DNA from: Pyrobaculum sp.
Lineage (GTDB): Archaea > Thermoproteota > Thermoprotei > Thermoproteales > Thermoproteaceae
Length of the DNA stretch: 20,102 bases
Reading direction: 5' to 3'
Assembly (NCBI GenBank): GCA_046293555.1
Contig: JBKBOT010000029.1
Coordinates: 1-20,102 of the forward strand
Shown in pieces: positions 1 to 7,243 of this stretch. The stretch's first letter is position 1. Every line of letters begins with the position of its first letter. A program made the position numbers and the translations under genes. The notes under the pieces were generated by a model. That model did not search any database. It saw nothing but the letters and a program-made list of their open reading frames with translations, and was not told the DNA's origin.

Positions 1-36
1 CGAGAACTATCTTACTCGCCCCGACTCACTGGCCAT
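1..36 (-). CDS. 5' end of a frameshift-dependent gene, probably argininosuccinate synthase (alternatively LysX/ArgX ligase); runs off the window
   Basis: SD-like GGAGG precedes ATG at 36. Frame 0 reads MASESGRVR* (TAG 9-7). The -1 frame after G-GGG reads G-A-S-K-I-V-L-(GNN) with no start codon, resembling the ArgG N-terminus KIVLAYSGG. Only about 7 codons are visible. Confidence 0.5.
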
Positions 37-208
37 AATCCTCCACGTCGCCTCTAAACTCCTCAAGCGTGGCGGAACCTCCCTTAAGCCTCACGATATA
101 TCTGGTGCCACATGTGGGACAGCTGGCAATCTCGCCGTCCATCACGTCGCTGGGGAGCTCGAACTCCGAGCCACAGACGTTACACTGAACTACCAGCTTC
201 TGGCTCAT
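26..208 (-). CDS. lysW: LysW amino-group carrier protein (Zn ribbon)
   Basis: CNVC...CPTC motifs, acidic composition, C-terminus EDYGQ (canonical EDWGE), next to lysZ/lysY. Start placed at ATG 208, 27 nt from the start of the TATA box at 235, rather than at 217. Confidence 0.9.
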   Translation of the reverse strand: MSQKLVVQCNVCGSEFELPSDVMDGEIASCPTCGTRYIVRLKGGSATLEEFRGDVEDYGQ

Positions 209-227
209 GGGGGACATGTGGGACCTA

Positions 228-240
228 TATATAAACTTAA
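228..240 (-). promoter_or_regulatory. Internal TATA promoter for lysW and the downstream gene, overlapping the lysZ stop codon
   Basis: Minus strand TTAAG-TTTATATA, with ATG 27 nt downstream of the TATA start (leaderless geometry). Confidence 0.7.
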
Positions 241-1010
241 CGTATGTGCGTGCCGGCGCCAGCCAGCGCCGCGTCTATAGGCCTCTCCACAAGGCCGCTT
301 GAGATCACCACCTCTACCCCACCTCTAGCCGCCTCTGCCGCCATGAGGAGTTTTCTCCGCATGCCGCCCCACACCCCGTCCGATTTAGCCAACGCCTCTG
401 CCTCCCCCGCCGTAAGCCGCGGCACAACTCTGCCGCCAACCAACACGCCGTCGACGTCGCTGAGGATAACAAGCCTCTCCGCGCGGCTTCTCGCAGCCAC
501 CTCAAAGGCCAGCTGGTCCCCATCTACGTTTAGCAGCTCGCCTCTCTCAGAGAGGGCTATGGGGGCTAACACCTTTAGGGGGGGCGGCGCCAGCTTGTTG
601 ACATCTACCTCTGTTATACGGCCCACATAGCCGCCGTCTACCACCCTCTGCCGCCCCCTCTCGTCTACTACCAACACCCTCTCCTTCCGCCTGGCTTTAA
701 CCACGCCGCCGTCTGCGCCCGTGAGGCCCACAGCCTCTACCCCCGCCGCGTTTAGAAAAGCCACGATGTACTTATTGACCCAAGACATAGCCATGACGAA
801 AATCTTTAAGGTCTCGTAGTCCGTATAGCGGCTCACCACGCCGCCTGGGTGAGTTAAAAACCTGGGCTCTAACCCCACCCTCCTCAACAGCTCATTTACG
901 TAACACCCCCCGCCGTGTATCACAACGCTGTCTATATGGCTGGCTAAGTTAGAGAGGGCTTTGGTGGGGTCTTTACAGAAGACAGACCCCCCTATCTTTA
1001 CCACCATCAT
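237..1010 (-). CDS. lysZ: [LysW]-aminoadipate/[LysW]-glutamate kinase
   Basis: [27 protein letters not shown] and GGMRRKL motifs of the ArgB/LysZ amino-acid kinase family; ATGA overlap with lysY. Confidence 0.92.
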   Translation of the reverse strand: MMVVKIGGSVFCKDPTKALSNLASHIDSVVIHGGGCYVNELLRRVGLEPRFLTHPGGVVSRYTDYETLKIFVMAMSWVNKYIVAFLNAAGVEAVGLTGADGGVVKARRKERVLVVDERGRQRVVDGGYVGRITEVDVNKLAPPPLKVLAPIALSERGELLNVDGDQLAFEVAARSRAERLVILSDVDGVLVGGRVVPRLTAGEAEALAKSDGVWGGMRRKLLMAAEAARGGVEVVISSGLVERPIDAALAGAGTHIR

Positions 1011-2062
1011 ACCGGCGCCAGCGGCGTCTGCCCAAGCCCCTCGTCTTCTGGAAAGCCCATGGCTATGTTAAAGGCCTGTACCGCCTGCCCCGCTGCGCCC
1101 CGCACCAGGTTGTCTATAGCGGCGAAAGTCACCACGCGGCTTAGCCTGACGTCTAGCTCAAAGCCTATATCCGCCATGTTTGACCCCAGTACGTACTTCA
1201 CGTTGGGGTATCTAGACAGCCCCAGCCGGTCTTTCACAAGGCGGATAAACCTGGAGTCGCCGTAGAGAGACCGGTAGTATTTCCACATGTCGGCCTCCGT
1301 GGGGAGCCTCTCTGTATACACGTGGCCAGAGGCGAAGATGCCCCTCACCAGGTCGACGGCGTGTGGGGTAAAGGCCACCCTCACGGGCCTTCCAGCCAGT
1401 AGGCTTAGCTCCTGCTCGATCTCGGCAATGTGGCGGTGGTGTACAGGCTCGTAGGGCCTCACCACATATGTCCTAAAGCTATGTAGATCCACCACGGAGC
1501 CCTCGGCCCCCGCGCCGCTGGAGCCAATCTTGGCGTCTACTACAGGCGGCGTCTGGCCGACAACGCCGTGTTTAGCCAGGGGGGCCAACATGAGGATAGA
1601 CGCCGTGGCCATACAGCCCGGGATAGCCACCAGCCTCGCCCCAACGAGCTCCTGTCTATGTAACTCCGGCAGGCCGTAAACAGCTTTAGCCAGGAGGTCT
1701 GGATATGGATGCGGCTGGGGCCACCTGTACCACTCCACATATGCGTCCGGGTCCTTTAGCCTAAAGTCTGCGCTGAGGTCAAACACCGCGGCGCCGGATT
1801 CATATAACGTGGGCACCCATTTTACCGACTCGCCGTGGGGGAGGGCGAGGAAGACCACATCTGCCTTCAACGCGGCGTCGACCGTGGGCTCTACGAACTT
1901 GAGCTGGGTGAAGCCCCGGAGGTGTGGATGTACCCTATAGACGTACTCCCCCCTGAACTTTCTAGAGGTGGCGCAAGCCACCTCCACCTCCCCGTGTTGG
2001 AGGAGGAGTCTCAACAGCTCCCCCCCAGTGAAGCCAGAGGCGCCTACAATACAGACCCTCAT
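1007..2062 (-). CDS. lysY: [LysW]-aminoadipyl/glutamyl-phosphate reductase (ArgC family)
   Basis: GASGFTG Rossmann motif, LALPHG, DLSADFR, YGLPE, PGC active site, [19 protein letters not shown]. Confidence 0.95.
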   Translation of the reverse strand: MRVCIVGASGFTGGELLRLLLQHGEVEVACATSRKFRGEYVYRVHPHLRGFTQLKFVEPTVDAALKADVVFLALPHGESVKWVPTLYESGAAVFDLSADFRLKDPDAYVEWYRWPQPHPYPDLLAKAVYGLPELHRQELVGARLVAIPGCMATASILMLAPLAKHGVVGQTPPVVDAKIGSSGAGAEGSVVDLHSFRTYVVRPYEPVHHRHIAEIEQELSLLAGRPVRVAFTPHAVDLVRGIFASGHVYTERLPTEADMWKYYRSLYGDSRFIRLVKDRLGLSRYPNVKYVLGSNMADIGFELDVRLSRVVTFAAIDNLVRGAAGQAVQAFNIAMGFPEDEGLGQTPLAPV

Positions 2063-2729
2063 AGCAGCTCGGCCAACAGGAGTGCCTCCTCTCTATCTAG
2101 AGGCGGCACGGGGTCCACGTCTATGACGTACCACCTCTCCCCATAGTCGCCCAGCGTCACCCTGGCGTATTGAAGCTCCAGGTAGGCCAACAGGTCTGCC
2201 ACAACGCCGACTGCGTTTCTGGCGGTGGCAAATACGGTCTTTACGCCGCGGGGCCTCGGCACCACTATAGACGCCCTGGCTAGGGGGTTTTTCATATACA
2301 TCCGGTGCTCCACCACGCTTTTTGCCCCCTCCACGCTTGTCACCACGCCGTCTAGGCCAAGCCTCCAGGCGGTTAGTAAAAGCCAGGGCCGCTCCACCTC
2401 CACCTTCTCCACGATGGCGTCAGATGAGATAATGGCGTGAGGCGGGCCGAACCTCTGTATCCAATAGGCCCTATTGAGGGCAGAGATTATAGAGGTGGGG
2501 GGGTTGACAACCCTCCTGGCCATAGAGCCATACGCCACGGCGAGGTAGGGATTTCGAGTTCGCAACACGGCGGCGTCTAGTACCCCACTTATGGCCACCT
2601 CGGAGATGTTTAACACAACTGCCTTCAGGCCTCTGGCGGAGAGAGCCTCAGCTATATACTTCTCGGAGATCGTGGGGCTGTCTGTAAGGATGTAAATCGC
2701 CCCACTTTCCCCTCTGGCCCCGAGTCCAT
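2059..2729 (-). CDS. Degenerate LysX/ArgX (RimK ATP-grasp)-like protein, about 223 aa, requiring a -1 frameshift near the start
   Basis: The frame of the 2616 ORF stays open upstream (AIYILTDSPTISEKYIAEALSARG, LysX-like N-terminus) with no ATG/GTG/TTG. EGAKSVVEHRMYMKN resembles LysX/ArgX. The GSWG loop and EVN motif are replaced (LGLDG, DVD). The leaderless ATG 2729 is out of frame. Confidence 0.7.
2652..2729 (-). promoter_or_regulatory. Frame-0 leader ORF MDSGPEGKVGRFTSLQTAPRSPRSI* carrying three tandem NNG-GGG-(Pro/Lys/Arg) putative -1 shift sites
   Basis: ATG GAC TCG GGG CCA GAG GGG AAA GTG GGG CGA TTT ... TAG (2654-2652). Each G-GGG slip lands in the lysX-like frame. Confidence 0.75.
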
Positions 2730-2748
2730 ATGCCCCACATTGGGGAGG

Positions 2749-2779
2749 TATATAAACTTTTGTAGAAAAAAGTTAAATA
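2749..2779. promoter_or_regulatory. Compact back-to-back divergent promoter pair
   Basis: Minus AAAAG-TTTATATA (2756-2749) and plus AAAAAA-GTTAAATA (2772-2779). Each TATA start lies exactly 27 nt from an ATG (2729 and 2799). Confidence 0.8.
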
Positions 2780-2798
2780 TGTCGCCCTTCTGGAGGCC

Positions 2799-2831
2799 AT
2801 GGATTCGGGGACAGCTCGCTACGTTGTGTGA
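2799..2831 (+). promoter_or_regulatory. Frame-0 leader ORF MDSGTARYVV* with a TCG-GGG-ACA(Thr) putative -1 shift site
   Basis: ATG GAT TCG GGG ACA GCT CGC TAC GTT GTG TGA. A -1 slip gives MDSG-DSSLRCVICG in the thrC frame. Confidence 0.75.
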
Positions 2832-3937
2832 TCTGCGGCGCCGAGTACGCCCCAGATTACCGACTCTATAGGTGCCCCAAATGTGGCGGCGTCCTGGAGG
2901 TAGTAGTTAAAGACAGGTACTGGGCCCCCTCGGGGAGAGGCGTGTGGCGATACGCCACAATGTTGCCACTAAGGCGCGGGGTGACGGCGGGGGAGGGAAA
3001 CACGCCGCTGGTGGAGTCCAGACTGGCGCCGGGGCTATACGTCAAATACGAGGGAGTCAACCCCACCGGCAGCTTTAAGGACCGGGGGATGGCCCTGGGG
3101 ATAACTGTGGCGAGAGAAAGCGGTGCAGACAAGGTGGTAGTGGCGTCTACAGGAAACACCGCCGCCTCAGTTGCCGCATATGCCGCCAGAGCCGGCATGA
3201 GGTGTTTTGTGGTACTCCCCAGAGGCAACGTGGCTAGAGGCAAGTTGGTACAGGCGGCTCTACACGGCGCAGAGATCGTGATGGTCAACGGCCTTTTCGA
3301 CAAGGCGCTGGAGTACGTCCTCGCCTACGGCACTAAATACGCCTACCCCCTCAACAGTTTTAACCCCTGGCGTCTAGAGGGACAGAAGACCACCGCCTTT
3401 GAGATATATGAGGAGTTAGGCTGTCCGGACTACGTGATAGTCCCTGTGGGAAATGCCGGCAACATCTCGGCCATCTGGAAGGGATTTAGAGAGCTGGCGG
3501 AGCTGGGGCTTTGCCACAAGCTGCCCAAAATGGTGGGCGTGCAGGCAGAGGGAGCGGCCCCGCTGGCCAAGGCGTGGGAGTTCGGGAGAGATACCCCCGT
3601 GTTTGTAGACGAGCCAGAGACAGTGGCCACAGCCATAAAGATAGGCAAGCCTATAAACTGGCCAAAGGCACTGGCGGCGGTAAGAGAGTCCGGCGGCTTC
3701 TTCACCACCGTGTCAGACGTCGAGATCCTAAAGGCACAGAGGCTGCTAGCCACGAGAGACGGGCTGGGGGCAGAGCCCGCCGGCGCCGCCCCCATCGCCG
3801 CCGCGTTGAAATTAAGGCTGCCGGGAACTGTGGCGGCCGTGGTGACCGGCCACGCCCTTAAAGACCCAGACGTGGTGGAGATAGAGGCCAGAGAGGTGAG
3901 AAATGCAGACGAGCTGGTAGAGCTGCTGGAAAGATGA
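2799..3937 (+). CDS. thrC: Threonine synthase (about 379 aa via -1 frameshift; the in-frame GTG at 2828 would lack the first Zn-ribbon Cys)
   Basis: NPTGSFKDRG PLP-lysine motif, ASTGNT, EGQKT, PVGNAGN, TGHALKD; N-terminal RCVIC...CPKC Zn ribbon begins upstream of 2828. Confidence 0.93.
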
Positions 3938-4914
3938 AGCCCGTCATAAAGATCGGCGGGTCCCTCCTGCGGACACCCGGCGATTTCCTCAAGGCGGCCA
4001 ACCACGTGTCGACATACAGGACGCCGGTGGTGGTGGTATCTGCGGTAAAGGGCGTTACAGACATGTTGATAGAGCTGGAAAAAACGCGGAGTTACCTCCT
4101 GTACGAGGAGATACTCCACAGACATATGTACATAGCGAGGCAGCTGGGGGTAGAGGAGAGAATAGCCGGCCTCCTGAAGGAGCTTGAGTCAAGCCTCAAG
4201 CTCCCCAAGGCGCCGTGGGCGGCAGACCACTTCGCCTCTTTTGGCGAGAGGCTTTCAGCCGCCGTCCTCCACGGCGTTTTGGAAAAACTAGGCCACCCCG
4301 CCAGGCTCTACATGGCGCCGATACTGACAGACAGCAATTTCGGCAACGCCTACCCCATACGGCTTGAACAAAAAGACGAGATTGTCCAACACGACGGCGT
4401 GGCGGTAGTCACCGGGTTTATTGGCAGAGACAAGGAGGGGAGATACACCACCCTGGGGCGAGGCGGTAGTGACTACACGGCGACATATATAGGCAGGGAG
4501 ATAGGCGCCAGAAAGGTGTCATTAGTGACGGACGCCCCCGGCGTCATGACTGCAGACCCACAGGAGGTAGAAGACGCCGAGGTGCTCTCCATGATGTCTA
4601 TAGACGAGGCCATAGAGGCCGCCAGGGCAGGGGCAAAGAACTTCCACCCAAAGACCTTCCTCCCAGCTATAGAAGGCGGCATGGCGGTAGAGGTCAAAAG
4701 CTACCACTCCAGGGGGACGCTCATAGCCCACATATATGCCCCACCGCCATATAAGCTAGTCACCAGATGTGGACAGGGCAGCTGCGTAGTGGGGCTGGCG
4801 GTAGAGGAGTTGACAAAACTGGGGGGCATACCTATAGGCCGCCACACCGCAAAACTGGCCATACCCCCACTACAGGCACATGAATATATAATAAAGCCCT
4901 ACTGGAAAAAATAG
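3934..4914 (+). CDS. lysC: Aspartate kinase (short, no clear ACT domains)
   Basis: KIGGS, VVVSA, SFGERLSA, TGFIG, TTLGRGGSDYTA, TADP, HPKT; ATGA overlap with thrC. Confidence 0.92.
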   Translation: MKPVIKIGGSLLRTPGDFLKAANHVSTYRTPVVVVSAVKGVTDMLIELEKTRSYLLYEEILHRHMYIARQLGVEERIAGLLKELESSLKLPKAPWAADHFASFGERLSAAVLHGVLEKLGHPARLYMAPILTDSNFGNAYPIRLEQKDEIVQHDGVAVVTGFIGRDKEGRYTTLGRGGSDYTATYIGREIGARKVSLVTDAPGVMTADPQEVEDAEVLSMMSIDEAIEAARAGAKNFHPKTFLPAIEGGMAVEVKSYHSRGTLIAHIYAPPPYKLVTRCGQGSCVVGLAVEELTKLGGIPIGRHTAKLAIPPLQAHEYIIKPYWKK

Positions 4915-5150
4915 GTCTAGTTTTAGTTCTTACAACGCAGAGAAAATAAACTCCTTATGTCTTAATGTCACTTTATAACCACAACGTCGGCCTCCCTGTA
5001 ATTTTTTATCGCAAACTTACAAACCTTACATAGATACGAGAAACAACCTATGGACACATATTTCAAAAGTGGCTTATTTTGAAGATTCTGAAGATTCTTA
5101 TAGTTTTTAACAAGCTAGCTAAACAATATATACTGGCTGTATTTATTGCC

Positions 5151-6173
5151 ATGGATCGCCTCAAGACATATATATTAGGGGCCACTGGCCTAGTGGGACA
5201 GAGATATGTCCAGATGTTGGCCAAACACCCGTGGTTCGAGGTAGTAGGCCTCGCCGCCTCTGAGAAAAGCGCCGGAAAAACCCTGCCTCAGGCGGGGTGG
5301 GCACTAGAAGAGCCACCTCCTCCACAACTAGCCGAAATTAAGATAGAGAAGTTAGACCCAGAAAAAGTGCCCAAGGTGGATTTTATCTTCTCCGCGCTGC
5401 CCAGCGAGGTGGCAGCTAAGGTAGAGCCACAACTGGCGACCCGGGGGCATGTGGTGGTATCAAACGCCAGTAACATGAGGCTCGACCCAGACGTGCCGCT
5501 GGTGGTACCAGAGATAAATCCAGACGACTTAAAGCTCGTCGAGGAACAGAGACGAGGGAGGGGGTGGAGGGGGGCAGTGGTGAAAAAACCTAACTGCACT
5601 ACCACAATCTTGAACCTCCCCCTAAAGCCCATATTGGACAAGTGGGGCATCTCTAGGCTATATGTCGCCACCATGCAAGCCGTCAGCGGGGCGGGGTACT
5701 CCGGAGTCCCCTCCATGGCCATAATAGACAACCTTGTGCCATACATAAGGGGGGAGGAGGAGAAGGTGGTGGCAGAGACCAGAAAGATACTGAGGCGGGA
5801 GATAGACATGGCTGTCACCACCACGAGGGTGCCGGTGCTTGACGGCCACACAGAGGTGGTATATGTGGAGACTGAGAGAGACTTCGAGATTGAAGCAGTG
5901 GCGGAAGCCCTGGCGAACTTCAAGGGGCTTCCGCAAGAGTTAAGACTCCCCACGGCGCCAGAGAGGCCGGTAGAGGTGAGAACACAGTTGGACAGACCTC
6001 AGCCTAGGCTAGACCGCTGGGCCGGCGGCGGCATGGCGGTGGTGGTGGGCCGCTTGCGGAAACTAGCGGCGAGAAGACTGGCCTTTGTGGTACTTGGTCA
6101 CAACACGGTGCGTGGGGCTGCCGGCAACTCTATACTTACTGCAGAACTCATGGCGAGGACGGGAGCGACATGA
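5151..6173 (+). CDS. asd: Aspartate-semialdehyde dehydrogenase
   Basis: GATGLVG, PLVVPEIN, PNCTT catalytic Cys, QAVSGAG, RVPVLDGH, HNTVRGAAG. Start at ATG 5151, downstream of AATATATA at 5125. Confidence 0.95.
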   Translation: MDRLKTYILGATGLVGQRYVQMLAKHPWFEVVGLAASEKSAGKTLPQAGWALEEPPPPQLAEIKIEKLDPEKVPKVDFIFSALPSEVAAKVEPQLATRGHVVVSNASNMRLDPDVPLVVPEINPDDLKLVEEQRRGRGWRGAVVKKPNCTTTILNLPLKPILDKWGISRLYVATMQAVSGAGYSGVPSMAIIDNLVPYIRGEEEKVVAETRKILRREIDMAVTTTRVPVLDGHTEVVYVETERDFEIEAVAEALANFKGLPQELRLPTAPERPVEVRTQLDRPQPRLDRWAGGGMAVVVGRLRKLAARRLAFVVLGHNTVRGAAGNSILTAELMARTGAT

Positions 6174-7075
6174 TCCTCCTCTTTGGCTTCGGCGGGGTGG
6201 GGAGGACATACGCCCAGCTGTTATACCAAAAGACTGGGCTTAGGCTATGTGGCGTTTTTGACAGCAAAGGGGGGGTGGTGAAAAAAGACGGCTTTAACCA
6301 CGACGAGGTTAAAAGGCTTTTAGAGACGCCGAGAGGCGGCGTGTCGGCCGCCGGGGTGGGGCGGTTGGCCCACATAGATGAGGCGTTGGAGTACTGCCAG
6401 GTGGTAGTAGATGTCTCTCCTCCAAACTACCGCGACGGGGAGCCTTCCGCCAGTCTTTACAAAAAGGCGCTAGCTAAAGGGCTTATAGTAGTGACTGCCA
6501 ACAAGGCGCCGTTGGCGTTATACTTCCAACAATACGGCGGAAGGGTTTACTACAAGGCCACAGTGATGGCGGGAACCCCCTTGATAGACCTCCTAAAGGG
6601 GCTTTACCCCCAGGAGGTCAAGTCTGTGAGGGGGATACTAAACGGCAGTACTAATTACATCCTCACCCGGGTTTATAAAGACGGCGTGGCGTATGAAAAA
6701 GCGCTAGAAGAGGCCAGGGAGAGGGGTATATTGGAGCCAGACCCCGCCCTAGACCTAGAGGGAGTGGATCCAGCCGCCAAGCTGGTAATTATTGCCAACA
6801 CTCTCGGCATGTCGTTAACTTTGGGGCGGGTGGAGAGGCAGCCCTTAACGCCGTTGGGGCCCATAACTCGTTACATCGCGGCGTTAGAGGGCGGGAGGGC
6901 TTACGTACAGCCAGTAAGACTGCCGCCTGATGACTCACTCCATGTGGATTACACTATGAACGCCGTAGAGATAGCCACAGAGGTTAACACAATTATTGTG
7001 AAGGGCAAGGGGGCAGGCCGGCTGGAGACGGCATATGTGCTACTTAACGACACGTTAAGGGCAGTAGACAGCTAG
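6170..7075 (+). CDS. hom: Homoserine dehydrogenase
   Basis: GFGGVG, VVTANK, ATVMAGTP, GILNGSTNYIL, EPDPALDLEGVDPAAK, GKGAG; ATGA overlap with asd. Confidence 0.93.
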   Translation: MILLFGFGGVGRTYAQLLYQKTGLRLCGVFDSKGGVVKKDGFNHDEVKRLLETPRGGVSAAGVGRLAHIDEALEYCQVVVDVSPPNYRDGEPSASLYKKALAKGLIVVTANKAPLALYFQQYGGRVYYKATVMAGTPLIDLLKGLYPQEVKSVRGILNGSTNYILTRVYKDGVAYEKALEEARERGILEPDPALDLEGVDPAAKLVIIANTLGMSLTLGRVERQPLTPLGPITRYIAALEGGRAYVQPVRLPPDDSLHVDYTMNAVEIATEVNTIIVKGKGAGRLETAYVLLNDTLRAVDS

Positions 7076-7172
7076 GTTAAAAACACGCCCAAGACGCCAA
7101 TTTTTGCCATTTCTCAGCCGCCTCTAGAAAACTTATATGCTCCTATTTATTCTTCTATATGTTAACTAAATA

Positions 7173-7224
7173 TAGTAAATGACTTTACTAGATAATTATT
7201 TATAATTATAGAAATATTTATAAA
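7173..7224 (+). promoter_or_regulatory. acs promoter with upstream palindromic operator-like sites
   Basis: TAGTAAA-tgac-TTTACTA (7173-7190), ATAATTAT twice (7192, 7202), TTTATAAA at 7217, 27 nt before ATG 7244. Confidence 0.6.
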
Positions 7225-7243
7225 GGAACGAGAGTTTTAGCGC

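Noticed and set aside
2740-2781. Alternative starts: ATG 2740 (-), ATG 2779 (+), and in-frame ATA codons at 2751 and 2777
   Set aside because: They lie within the TATA boxes or upstream of the predicted TSS, and the two ATGs are also out of frame with the enzymes.
2697-2813. Homopolymer sequencing error or pseudogenisation as the cause of the frame breaks
   Set aside because: Three independent genes share the same offset, the same GAN-TCG-GGG context and pathway-matched next codons, while longer G/C runs inside other CDSs are in frame. Disfavoured, but not excluded without reads.
2690-2830. Bulge-helix-bulge mRNA micro-intron (cbf5-like) restoring the frame
   Set aside because: No convincing BHB pairing is visible by eye, and a single -1 slip explains all sites.
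5079-5150. TTG-initiated N-terminal extension of asd
   Set aside because: It spans the AT-rich promoter; family similarity begins at ATG 5151.
6926-6990. CTGATGA resembling a C/D-box sRNA element in hom
   Set aside because: No properly spaced downstream D/D' boxes were found.
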